Source: Candidatus Heimdallarchaeum endolithica (GTDB taxonomy: Archaea > Asgardarchaeota > Heimdallarchaeia > Heimdallarchaeales > Heimdallarchaeaceae). Taken from it: a stretch of 64,000 nt of DNA. Positions 18,757-27,917 of this stretch are shown piece after piece (within the stretch, counting starts at the first letter, position 1; every line of letters begins with the position of its first letter). The position numbers and the translations under genes are program-made. The notes under the pieces were generated by a model. The model was not told the origin of the DNA and did no database searches. It saw only the letters and a program-made list of their open reading frames with translations. The DNA lies in NCBI GenBank assembly GCA_021513715.1, contig CP084167.1:2528001-2592000 (forward strand). The letters run 5' to 3'.

Positions 18757-19859
18757 CTTTTTTCAAAAAGGGGGTCAAGGTAAGTAATAAACCCATTTTT
18801 CATAGGATATTGTTCAATTATAGCTATTTGGGCTATTTTATCCTCAAACTTATTTTTTAGAATTTCAGTTATCTCTTTTATTATTATTGGGCTAGTGTAA
18901 ATTGCCTTTTCTTCTATTTCAGTACTGAGCATGTCTTCAGAAACATATAGTTCATTTTTTATGTATTCCAATATACCTTTAATATCCTCTTTTTTATCTA
19001 GAATTATTCTTCCTCTGACAATTAATCCTTCTTTTGTTATCCAGTCATGCTTTTTAGCATAGTTCTTTGCTCGTCGAATAAATCTATTTCGTAGTTGTAT
19101 TCTGTCTTTGTACACTGAAGAGCAAAAATGTAAAGTAATGTTACTTTTTCTAAATTTTTTTAATATTTTCAAAGCTAGTTCCTTACTTCCTTTTACTGCA
19201 GATTGTGTGTTAGAAACTGGTGTAAAATCCCTTTTCCTTAAGTTCCTGAAGTTTGTTTCAGCAAATTCAAACTCATTTAAATTTATAAAATCTAATCTAT
19301 TTTTTATTGCAAATTTTACAATATGTTCTATTTCTAATTTCTTTCCTGGTATAGCTGGTATCTCTATGCCTACTTTCCAACTGTGTTTTGTGGCTTCTTT
19401 TATCGATTTTTCTATCTCTTCGCTTTTTTTTAATTGAGGAAAATGAAAACGAATCTCATCTAGTCCTACACCATAAAGTAATTCTAGTTCTTCATTAGGT
19501 ATTGCTCTTGCTGTATAGAGATGTATATGAAATTTTTTTCCAAATTCTTCTTTCAATCTTTGAATGTATTTTAAAGTTCTTTCAATATTGAGTGTTGGTT
19601 CTCCTCCAGTAATACTTGCCCCTAATGCATTGATTTGTTTTGCTTCTTCTATTGCTTCTTCAACTGATTCAATTTTTTGCTCATTAGCAAAAATCACATC
19701 TGCTTTTCTTTCTGAACTAACAGGACAATAAAAACAATTGAAAGGACATTTACCTGTAATAAAGATCACTAGTTTAGAACCTAATGCACATAGCTGACAA
19801 CCTAAAGGAGGTTTTCCCACTATCTTATTTTTTTTTGACCATGTTCTGATCTTTAACAT
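18738..19859 (-). CDS. Radical SAM protein (archaeal, COG2108-like)
   Basis: GC.LC..G.KLV.F.TG.C...CFYCP, ITGGEP, LDEIRFH. Confidence 0.85.
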   Translation of the reverse strand: MLKIRTWSKKNKIVGKPPLGCQLCALGSKLVIFITGKCPFNCFYCPVSSERKADVIFANEQKIESVEEAIEEAKQINALGASITGGEPTLNIERTLKYIQRLKEEFGKKFHIHLYTARAIPNEELELLYGVGLDEIRFHFPQLKKSEEIEKSIKEATKHSWKVGIEIPAIPGKKLEIEHIVKFAIKNRLDFINLNEFEFAETNFRNLRKRDFTPVSNTQSAVKGSKELALKILKKFRKSNITLHFCSSVYKDRIQLRNRFIRRAKNYAKKHDWITKEGLIVRGRIILDKKEDIKGILEYIKNELYVSEDMLSTEIEEKAIYTSPIIIKEITEILKNKFEDKIAQIAIIEQYPMKNGFITYLDPLFEKSYISTE

Positions 19860-19910
19860 TTGTTAAATAACAAAAGTGGACAATCTTATAAACTATAGGA
19901 TTTGTTTCTT

Positions 19911-20673
19911 GGTAGTGTCTAGTTTTCTTCCGACAAAAATATTTGTGGGGACTCTAATAGTAAGATATGAAAACACAAAAACTATCTGCTCTTTTTAAGA
20001 GATGCAGAGTCCCCAAGAAAATAATAATAAAAGCTATTTATGAATATATTGGTTCAAAGAATGGGTTGAGGACAGTAGCATGGAAGAATGGTTTAACGCA
20101 TCAAACATTATGGTATTGGGTAAAGAAGTTCAGGCTCTTTAGGGAAAGTTTACATAGAGTTGTAGCAGAGAGAGGGGGAATACCAGAGATTATAGTAGTT
20201 GATGAAACAGAGATTAGGACCTCTCAAGGCTCAATATATCTGTGGTTCGCGTTAGATCCTTACAACAAGACTTTACTGGGTTTTAGTATTACTAAAGGAC
20301 GGAGTAATCTTGAATGTTTACTAACTTTCCGTTATTGGTTCAAATGTTGGGGTTTTAAGCCCCGTATTATCGTTACAGATGCAGGGGTATGGTATCCTGT
20401 ATTACGTCGTCTAGGTATCAAAATCTCCGTTATCAAAGGTGGTTTACGCTCCTATATTGAACGTTTTAATGCTACTCTTAAGAGTTATCGTTGGTTTCAT
20501 TCTATTCTCCACTGCACTTGTCCTATCCGTGCCGTCTATGGTTCTACTCATCTTTCTGGTTTTCTTACTCTCTTTATGCTCCATTATAATTTCGTTCGTC
20601 CTCATCAGAGCTTGGGACATCCTCCCCTTAGTTCCTTTTTACCTAGGAGGTGGTATAAAAACTAGACACTACC
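19911..20673 (+). mobile_element. IS6-family insertion sequence (763 bp)
   Basis: Perfect 16-bp TIR GGTAGTGTCTAGTTTT; 9-bp direct repeat TTGTTTCTT at 19902-19910 and 20674-20682. Confidence 0.9.
19967..20665 (+). CDS. IS6-family DDE transposase
   Basis: T...WV.KF, VVDET, YLW.ALD, IVTDAG..Y, IERFN, YN..RPHQSL. Confidence 0.85.
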   Translation: MKTQKLSALFKRCRVPKKIIIKAIYEYIGSKNGLRTVAWKNGLTHQTLWYWVKKFRLFRESLHRVVAERGGIPEIIVVDETEIRTSQGSIYLWFALDPYNKTLLGFSITKGRSNLECLLTFRYWFKCWGFKPRIIVTDAGVWYPVLRRLGIKISVIKGGLRSYIERFNATLKSYRWFHSILHCTCPIRAVYGSTHLSGFLTLFMLHYNFVRPHQSLGHPPLSSFLPRRWYKN

Positions 20674-20720
20674 TTGTTTCTTCCAAAAAAGACTTATTAA
20701 TATATTCCTTTTTTTTCCTA

Positions 20721-21668
20721 ATGAAGTGTACATTTTGTGGGACTGATGAAGTTGTCTATGTTCGCCCATATGATAAGATTGCCTTGTGTAAAGAGCATTT
20801 TAATGAGCAGTTTGAAAAGAGAGTCAAAAGAACAATTAATCGTTATAAAATGTTTCAACGAAAGGACAAAATAGCAGTTGGTGTTTCAGGAGGAAAAGAT
20901 AGTATTGCTCTTCTTAATACTCTTGTAAAAATCGAAAAAGATTTTCCAGAAAGCGAAATAGTTGCTATTACAATTGATGAAGGTATCGAAGGGTACAGGG
21001 AAGAAGGTTTATATTATGCTAAAAAACATACAAAAAGGCTTAATGTAAAACACTATATTTTCTCTTTTAAAGAAGATTTTGGCTATTCTCTTGATGAAAT
21101 AATAAAAAAATTAGGCGAAAGAGGAGGAAAAAACCGTGCATATGGAGCTTGTTCTTATTGTGGAATTTTAAGAAGGAAAATACTTAACGCAGCAGCTAAA
21201 ACTGTTGGAGCAAATGTAGTTGCAACTGGACACAACCTTGAAGACGAAGCTGAAACAGTTCTCTTAAATATTATACGTGGAGATGTTAATCGTTTAGGTA
21301 GGCAAAGTCCCTATCCAAAGAAAGTTCACAAGGATTTAATTCCCAGAGTAAAACCCTTTAGACTTACTCCTCAAGCAGAAATTGTAATGTACATGGTTAT
21401 AAATGGACTAGAGTACCAGGAAGTTGCATGTCCCTATGCAGTTGAAGCTTATAGAGGTAACGTTCGTAATTTCATATTTGAAACTCAAAATTCCCAACCC
21501 ATGCTTTCATTTAATATTGTAAAAGCTCAAGATAAACTAATTCCTTACTTAACAAAAAACAAAGAAGAAACAAAAGGGAAAATTAAAAGTTGTAAGATAT
21601 GTGGAGACCCTTCAGCTAGTGAAATATGCAAAGCATGTAGTTTAAAAGAACAATTATCTAATCTTTAA
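20721..21668 (+). CDS. tRNA 2-thiolation protein (Ncs6/CTU1/TtuA, TIGR00269-like)
   Basis: MKC..C, LC..HF, SGGKDS PP-loop, CSYCG..RR, TGHN.ED, CPYA, C-terminal C..C/C..C. True start is ATG 20721, not 20439. Confidence 0.9.
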   Translation: MKCTFCGTDEVVYVRPYDKIALCKEHFNEQFEKRVKRTINRYKMFQRKDKIAVGVSGGKDSIALLNTLVKIEKDFPESEIVAITIDEGIEGYREEGLYYAKKHTKRLNVKHYIFSFKEDFGYSLDEIIKKLGERGGKNRAYGACSYCGILRRKILNAAAKTVGANVVATGHNLEDEAETVLLNIIRGDVNRLGRQSPYPKKVHKDLIPRVKPFRLTPQAEIVMYMVINGLEYQEVACPYAVEAYRGNVRNFIFETQNSQPMLSFNIVKAQDKLIPYLTKNKEETKGKIKSCKICGDPSASEICKACSLKEQLSNL

Positions 21669-21692
21669 TAAAAAAAAGAGAAAGAGGTTTCT

Positions 21693-22325
21693 TTATTTTA
21701 GAGGAGCTCCACAATTTGCGCAAAAAGAGTAAGAAGCTTTTTGTTTCGCTCCACAATTGTCGCAATAAACGAAGTTCTCTGAGTTTTGTGTGGTCTTTGA
21801 GGTATAAGGTTGTGCATAAGCTGAGGAGCTTGTTGAAGTGCTTGATGAGATCCCAGTTCTTGTTACTCCACCATAAGGTTGGTAACCTTTACTTTCATAA
21901 CTAGTCCTTCTTGTTACAGAACGAATAATTGAACCTATAAATATAAACATGAAGACAAGTACAATAAGTGGTAGAAAAGATGAAGATTCAAAAGAAACTG
22001 CAAGTGTAGATACAATGATAATTATAAAAACAAACAGAATGAATATTAATATAGGAAAGAAACAGAAACCACCAAATGATGGCCCAGTTCTATAATATCG
22101 ACCTCTTCTATAATAGGGATATGTACCCCAACCTGTTCTATAGTGTCGACTGCTTGTATGTCTTCTAGTGCTTCCAGCTCTTATAAGTGAACCACTGGAT
22201 CGATGAAGTGATCCTCCTCTAGTTATTGATCTTCCAAATGAAGAAGAACCTACTCTGCTGAATGATCTACCACCAAAGCTTCTAGCTCCGCTGAAGCCTC
22301 CACCTGATCTTGATATTCTCGGCAT
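21693..22325 (-). CDS. R/G/S-rich membrane protein with C-terminal double zinc ribbon
   Basis: About 80-aa RGG/RS-rich N-terminus, two TM helices, CDNCG...FCANCG. Confidence 0.75.
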   Translation of the reverse strand: MPRISRSGGGFSGARSFGGRSFSRVGSSSFGRSITRGGSLHRSSGSLIRAGSTRRHTSSRHYRTGWGTYPYYRRGRYYRTGPSFGGFCFFPILIFILFVFIIIIVSTLAVSFESSSFLPLIVLVFMFIFIGSIIRSVTRRTSYESKGYQPYGGVTRTGISSSTSTSSSAYAQPYTSKTTQNSENFVYCDNCGAKQKASYSFCANCGAPLK

Positions 22326-22435
22326 AACTACCACGCTATTATTTTTTTCGGCAGAATATAAACTCTTCTAAATACATTGACGAAAATAAAAAAAAAGAAG
22401 AAAATTTTGATGTAATAGAAAACAAAATCATAATG

Positions 22436-22442
22436 TTTAAAA
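22436..22442 (+). promoter_or_regulatory. Putative TATA box for the SRP RNA
   Basis: TTTAAAA about 25-30 nt upstream of the predicted RNA 5' end. Confidence 0.45.
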
Positions 22443-22466
22443 TCTCTTTACTTTTTCTAACATAGG

Positions 22467-22809
22467 AAGATGCTGGACTAATAGCAACAGCTAAAGTGGG
22501 AAGCTAGGGCTCTCCTGTAACCGGAAACGCTCTATATGCCGGGCTGAAAAATGCTGTTGAGGGCTCGTCGAGGAAGATACGCTCTGTCTGGAAAGCGTCG
22601 AAGCATCGCCCCATGAGATTGTGCACACCCGAGGCGTCTTTGGAGGAAGGCGTTAGAAGGGTTGGGATCAAAATGGGTCAGGCACGGAAGTGAGCAGCCC
22701 TAAGGCCGATGCATGATGCCCATGGCAAGCGGTGTGGAGCTTAAGGACAGTAAAACGGCTTCCAAAACGAGTTCGAACTGCATGCTGCTAAGATTGGTTC
22801 AGCAGTCTT
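22467..22809 (+). ncRNA. ffs: Archaeal signal recognition particle RNA (7S)
   Basis: GC-rich island. Helix 1 TGCTGGACTAAT/ATTGGTTCAGCA; Alu-like CCTGTAACCGGAAAC...ATATGCCGGG; helix 6 GGAG loop; helix 8 GGTCAGGCACGGAAGTGAGCAGCC. Confidence 0.92.
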
Positions 22810-22905
22810 AAATTTTTATCTAATTAAATAGCTGAAGTATTTTTTCTACAGCAACCAAAAAGTTATTTTATTGATAATCTTTAATCTATCAAAGAAGAAA
22901 ATAGG

Positions 22906-24060
22906 ATGGTTACAATGAGTGGATATAGCCCTACTTGGACTTCAAAAGGTTCTGACAAGTTAAGAATTCTTCAAGTAACAAAGATACTAATGAATATAAT
23001 AGATAGACTAATCAATTCGATCGATGTAACTGATGAAAAAACTAAGAATATGGTTGAAGATATAATAGCAAACACAATTTATAATTATTTTACACCAAAC
23101 AAAGATTTAGCTATCAACAAACAATATGAATATTTACTGGAATTTCTAGGTTGGAAATTAATCTCTATTGAGAGAAAAAATGATAATACCATTTCTTTGA
23201 GTCTAGGTGCAAACAGATTCATTGAACGTGAAATAGGTAATTTGGCATATAATGCAATTGTTTTAGGTATTGCAAAGTCAATTGGATATTTCATTTTTAA
23301 TAAAAATGTTAAGGTAGAGTTGATTGTAAGTCAGTTTGATTCAACACAATTAACAGTTATAATTGAAAGTACTAATAAGGAGATAACTGCTGAAATTCAA
23401 GAAAAGTTAGATGTTCAAATCTCAAAAGAAGAAGAGAAGGTGGGTGTCGAGCAAAAACAGTCTGCTGTAACCAAAAAAACCTCTGTAGTTGAAGTTAAAC
23501 CTGAGTTAGAGCTAGATATTAAATCCATATTTACTCCTATTCTGCAGAATTATCCTCCTCTATCGATTTTACCTATATTCCATAAAGTTCTATCTGAAAT
23601 AGTAACAAGTTTCTTCTCAGAGATTGAAGATAATCAAGTAGTTACTGCAAAATCTGCATATTCTGAAATAAATACTGTTTTCTTAATAGAATTTATACTT
23701 CGATCTCTCCCGACAATTGGAAAAAGTGTGAGTGAAATTGCTACTCTTACAGGGCAGTATTTAATAAAAGCTGTACTTGCAAAAAACCCTGAGGATATAA
23801 AGAATTATTTGCCAAAAGAACTCTTGTCTGATATTTCTAGAAGAGTATCATATGTTGAGTTTGGAGCTAGAGATTATTGTTCATATGCACCAGGAGAAAG
23901 ATGTGTGGAAGGGAAAAGAGATTTATGTGACTTTGTTCTATTTCTATGGCAAGGAATGTTAGATTCTCTGATTCCTGAAAGAAAATTCAAACTTGGAGAA
24001 CGTATTCCAGCAACAAGAAGAGGAAAATTCTGTTTAGTAGAATTTAGTAAACAACAGTAG
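22906..24060 (+). CDS. Hypothetical protein, possibly tandem V4R/Bet3(TRAPP)-like domains
   Basis: C-terminal C..(n)..LC......QGML......G..C.VEF resembles V4R; a weaker similar pattern in the N-terminal half. Confidence 0.5.
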   Translation: MVTMSGYSPTWTSKGSDKLRILQVTKILMNIIDRLINSIDVTDEKTKNMVEDIIANTIYNYFTPNKDLAINKQYEYLLEFLGWKLISIERKNDNTISLSLGANRFIEREIGNLAYNAIVLGIAKSIGYFIFNKNVKVELIVSQFDSTQLTVIIESTNKEITAEIQEKLDVQISKEEEKVGVEQKQSAVTKKTSVVEVKPELELDIKSIFTPILQNYPPLSILPIFHKVLSEIVTSFFSEIEDNQVVTAKSAYSEINTVFLIEFILRSLPTIGKSVSEIATLTGQYLIKAVLAKNPEDIKNYLPKELLSDISRRVSYVEFGARDYCSYAPGERCVEGKRDLCDFVLFLWQGMLDSLIPERKFKLGERIPATRRGKFCLVEFSKQQ

Positions 24061-24062
24061 GT

Positions 24063-24533
24063 GTGATAAAAATGGGTAGAAAAACAATAAAAAGAACATA
24101 TAAAGATACATATGCGAGAGGGCAGGTAGATAAAAGTGAGTTTCAAGGTCGATATTTTATTAAAATAGAACTTGTATCACTAAAGGTTCTAGAAGATAAA
24201 GATATGCTTGGAAATGAAAGTGAATTTTACTTTAAAGTAGGAAAAAGATTGCACAAGCATCGAATTCCACAAAAAGGGACAATAAACTTAGAAAAAAATG
24301 AGGTTTTTCAACCAACAGATGGGTTGACCTTATATACTCAATTTATTCATAAACCAGAGAGGGGAACAATTATGGTTCCTTTTCATCTTCGTGAAAGAGA
24401 TCCATTGAAGGTGGATGATCATATTATCAGAACAAAGTTGTCTATTCCTTTAGGTTCTTCTGATTATATAGTTTTAGTCGAAAAATCTGTGAAAATAAAA
24501 CTTAAGATCTCAGCCTTGGAAACTAGATACTGA
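24063..24533 (+). CDS. Hypothetical protein, C2-domain-like beta-sandwich
   Basis: LKVLEDKDMLGNESEFYFKV and FHLRERDPLKVDDHI resemble C2 loops 1 and 3. Confidence 0.5.
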   Translation: MIKMGRKTIKRTYKDTYARGQVDKSEFQGRYFIKIELVSLKVLEDKDMLGNESEFYFKVGKRLHKHRIPQKGTINLEKNEVFQPTDGLTLYTQFIHKPERGTIMVPFHLRERDPLKVDDHIIRTKLSIPLGSSDYIVLVEKSVKIKLKISALETRY

Positions 24534-24541
24534 CAAACAAT

Positions 24542-25753
24542 TTACCATTTCTTTTTTTTAAAAGTAAACTTCAATCCTGTTTTTATTAAGAAAGGCCAAA
24601 GTTCCAGTTTTGTTAGTAGTTTCCAGACTATAGCTTGTTGATTATCCACGTCTCCTTTAGATGTGAATATTTTCTGATATTTCTGTTTATTTAACATTTT
24701 TACTAGATCATCGATTTCCTTATCATCTAAAGAATCTAAATAGTGCCTAACAAGTTTCATTATGAGAAGATTTCTCGCAAACTCTTTTTTCCATCTTTTT
24801 TCATATTGTTTCAAAAATGATTTTGTATAATTTCCTTCAATTACTGCTTTTGCAGCTATCTCACCTGCAATCCTGGCAGCAATACCTCCTAAGATTACCC
24901 CTCCACCAGTAGTGGGCTTTGTCTGCCCAGCTGCGTCTCCAACAACTAAAATATTATCTGTGTAACTCCTCCTAATAAAAGAACCTAATGGTATTGCTCC
25001 ACTCATTTCTTTTAAAATTTTGAAGGAATGGAATCTTTTCTTTAGCAGATCACTAAAAATAAAGTTTCTCAAATATCGCTTTGCTGGTCGATATCTGGAG
25101 CCAATTCCTACTTTAGCTATTTCATCATTAATTGGGATAATCCACCCAAAAAAACCAGGAGCATATTCTGATATCTGGTATAGTTCTACATATCTTTTGT
25201 CTAAATCTTTTACTCCATTAATGATAAATTGTGAGGCAAAGATTATGTCATTTGGATAAGGTAAACCTACTTGAGAGTTGAGTTTAGGAAATCTCCCCTC
25301 TGCTAGAATTGAAATCTTGGTCATAATTTTATTTCTTTTAGAGTGTTTCCCTAGAATTAATTCGACATTTTCTGAATTTCTCTGAATCTTTTTAACCCTT
25401 GAATTTGTATTTATTTCTATTCCTAGATCATGAGCTATTGAAGCTAAATATTTGTTAAATTTACTTCTGTTAACTACAAGTGCATGGTGTGATTTTTTTT
25501 CTACTATTAATTCTGATCCTCTGGCAGAAAATATCTTTGCTCCAATAATCTCCTTGTTTTGAATAATATCTAAAGGTAATTTCTCAAGACCTATTTTTTT
25601 TAGTCCATTTATGCTTAATAATCCTGCACAGTGTTCAGTTTTTCCTATTTCATTTTTTGATTCAAGCACAAGAACATCAACATCATATTTTCTCGCTTCA
25701 ATTGCAGATAGTAAACCAGCAGGTCCTCCTCCAACAACTACAATCTCTCTCAT
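24542..25753 (-). CDS. Geranylgeranyl reductase family flavoprotein
   Basis: GGGPAG, CAG, PGFFGWIIP, VGDAAGQ.KPTTGGG. Confidence 0.88.
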   Translation of the reverse strand: MREIVVVGGGPAGLLSAIEARKYDVDVLVLESKNEIGKTEHCAGLLSINGLKKIGLEKLPLDIIQNKEIIGAKIFSARGSELIVEKKSHHALVVNRSKFNKYLASIAHDLGIEINTNSRVKKIQRNSENVELILGKHSKRNKIMTKISILAEGRFPKLNSQVGLPYPNDIIFASQFIINGVKDLDKRYVELYQISEYAPGFFGWIIPINDEIAKVGIGSRYRPAKRYLRNFIFSDLLKKRFHSFKILKEMSGAIPLGSFIRRSYTDNILVVGDAAGQTKPTTGGGVILGGIAARIAGEIAAKAVIEGNYTKSFLKQYEKRWKKEFARNLLIMKLVRHYLDSLDDKEIDDLVKMLNKQKYQKIFTSKGDVDNQQAIVWKLLTKLELWPFLIKTGLKFTFKKKKW

Positions 25754-25806
25754 TATGAATGAATAAAAATAACTATTCAAAAATAATGTTGTCTTATTTA
25801 TTTAAA

Positions 25807-26730
25807 TTAAAAAGTTAATTCCAACTCATCTACAGCTTTTATCTCGTTTTGTTTAATGATGTGTTTCTCCCATGTTTCTGTATCGATAGCTAATTTTAGA
25901 ACTTCCTCAAATTCAATTTTTTTCTTATAATCTTGAAATATTTCAATAGCTTTGTTTTCATTTTCTTTAATCCATTCATTAGAAAAATTAGATAAAAATT
26001 CAGTAAATATTTGGTAAGCTCTTATTTTTTCCTTGTTGGTTGTTAAAACGATTGTAAATGCTTTTTCTATTTTTCTAATAAGCACTATTATGTGCTCTGA
26101 TTCTATTTCAGTTAAATCTCCTAATCCATATTGCTGACTCATGTTTAATATTGCGGAAATAAAAGCAACTAATAAAACAGCATCGTAGGGTAAAGATTGG
26201 GTCATTAATAAATATAAAGGTTGGCCATCTTCATTAGCTATTAGTATATCTAAATCCTTTAGAACTAAACCAAATGATGAAATTATTTCTTCATTACCGA
26301 CTTTTATTCTTTCAATATTTGTTCTTTTATTTACAATTAGGTTAAGTGATCGGGCAAAATTACTTACCAGTTTTCTTTCATATTCCTTTATTTTTACATC
26401 TTCTATCATGTCATTTACAGAATTGCATTTAATATTTGCAAATTGTTGACGAAAGATTTTTACTACTTTCTTTATAATTGAAGAATAATAATCCCTTTTC
26501 TTTACTATAACTAAAAAATAGTCATTTACTGGTTCATAAAAAACTTCATTATCTCCAAAAATGACTTTTTTTGGTATTTTTTCTCCTAATTCTGAAGTAA
26601 GTGTTGTTACAGCACTTATGAAACTTATAAGGGCAGCTTTGATTTCTCTATTAGACCAAGTTTCATGATAGATTCTGTAAAATCTACATGAACCGTTTCT
26701 TTTTAGTATCATAATTGCTTTGATTAACAC
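25807..26730 (-). CDS. Tandem longin-like domain protein
   Basis: Two repeats of the longin pattern: I.AIMIL..NG...FYR...LISFISAV and DILIANEDGQPLY...LVAFISAI. Confidence 0.6.
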   Translation of the reverse strand: MLIKAIMILKRNGSCRFYRIYHETWSNREIKAALISFISAVTTLTSELGEKIPKKVIFGDNEVFYEPVNDYFLVIVKKRDYYSSIIKKVVKIFRQQFANIKCNSVNDMIEDVKIKEYERKLVSNFARSLNLIVNKRTNIERIKVGNEEIISSFGLVLKDLDILIANEDGQPLYLLMTQSLPYDAVLLVAFISAILNMSQQYGLGDLTEIESEHIIVLIRKIEKAFTIVLTTNKEKIRAYQIFTEFLSNFSNEWIKENENKAIEIFQDYKKKIEFEEVLKLAIDTETWEKHIIKQNEIKAVDELELTF

Positions 26731-26840
26731 TGTTTTTCACTTTGGTTTATTTTTTTTATTTATCACTTTTTTTATAGTCTCAGTTTTTTAATAAGCAATA
26801 TAAAAAAGGTATAAGTAACTTTTTTTCTATTTACGAGTAT

Positions 26841-27917
26841 TTAATCAATAATATAAACTGATGAAGCTTTGAAGACTGCACACATCTCTTTTCCTTCTTT
26901 TATGTCTAATTTCTTTTTTGATGTTCTTGTAATTACAGCTGTAATTCTTATTCCACAATCTAATACTACTTTTACATTCGACGATAAGTTTTCTATGATT
27001 TCAATAATTTTACCTTTGAAACAATTTCTCGCGCTAGTGAAATCCATTTTTTTAGGAGAAAGTATAATTTCTTCTGGACGTATTGTAATAGTTATTTTTT
27101 TGCTTTGTTTGAGTTTAAGATCGTCTGATAAGAATATTTTGATTTCTTTACTAGTTTTTTCAGGAATAAAAAAAGTATGGTTGTCTTCGTAGTAAATAAA
27201 TCCTGAAAAAATATTCTCAAAATTAAAGAATTCTGCAATAAATTGTGATTTAGGATTCTCCATTATATCTTCAGGAGTTGCAAATCGTTCTATTTGCCCT
27301 TCGTTTAAGATTATAACTTTGTTAGCTAGTTCTGTAGCATCATTAATATCATGAGTGACGTAAATAATAGTCTTGTTATAGACTTCTTTTGCTTTTTTGA
27401 GTAATTTAATTATTTTTTTAGCTTTTCTTTTATCAATTCCAGAAAGAGGTTCGTCTAACAAAATTAACGGAAAATCAAGAATTAAAGCCCTCCCAATTGA
27501 TATTCGATGTAATTCTCCTCCAGACAAATTTTTAGGTAGTCGATTTCTTTTTTCTTCTAGCCCCATAAATTCAAGAATGTTATTAATCCTTTTTTCTCGC
27601 TCTTGTTTTGGAATATGATTCAGGGTAAGGGCATACTCGAGATTTTCTTGAACAGTCATGTGAGGAAATAAAGTTGGTTTCTGAGGAACATAAGCTATCT
27701 GCCTTTTGTTAAGAGGAAAATAGGTTATATCCTTTCCTCTGTAAAAAATTGTACCTTCATCAGGAGTATAAATACCGAGGATGGTTTTTAGTAAAGATGT
27801 TTTTCCACTTCCAGAGGGACCTAAAATTACTATTGAATCGTTTTCAGAGGTAGAAAATGTTATATCTTTTAACTCAAATTTTCCTAAAGTTACTCGAATT
27901 GAGTTTACTTCTAACAT
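26841..27917 (-). CDS. wtpC: Tungstate/molybdate ABC transporter ATPase with TOBE domain
   Basis: GPSGSGKT, LSGGE, LLDEP, SARNCFKG, AVFKASSV. Confidence 0.85.
   Translation of the reverse strand: MLEVNSIRVTLGKFELKDITFSTSENDSIVILGPSGSGKTSLLKTILGIYTPDEGTIFYRGKDITYFPLNKRQIAYVPQKPTLFPHMTVQENLEYALTLNHIPKQEREKRINNILEFMGLEEKRNRLPKNLSGGELHRISIGRALILDFPLILLDEPLSGIDKRKAKKIIKLLKKAKEVYNKTIIYVTHDINDATELANKVIILNEGQIERFATPEDIMENPKSQFIAEFFNFENIFSGFIYYEDNHTFFIPEKTSKEIKIFLSDDLKLKQSKKITITIRPEEIILSPKKMDFTSARNCFKGKIIEIIENLSSNVKVVLDCGIRITAVITRTSKKKLDIKEGKEMCAVFKASSVYIID

Noticed and set aside
20439-20720. Hydrophobic N-terminal extension of ncs6 starting inside the IS6
   Set aside because: An alternative frame of the pyrimidine-rich IS end that is open by chance; the family N-terminus MKCxxC starts at 20721.
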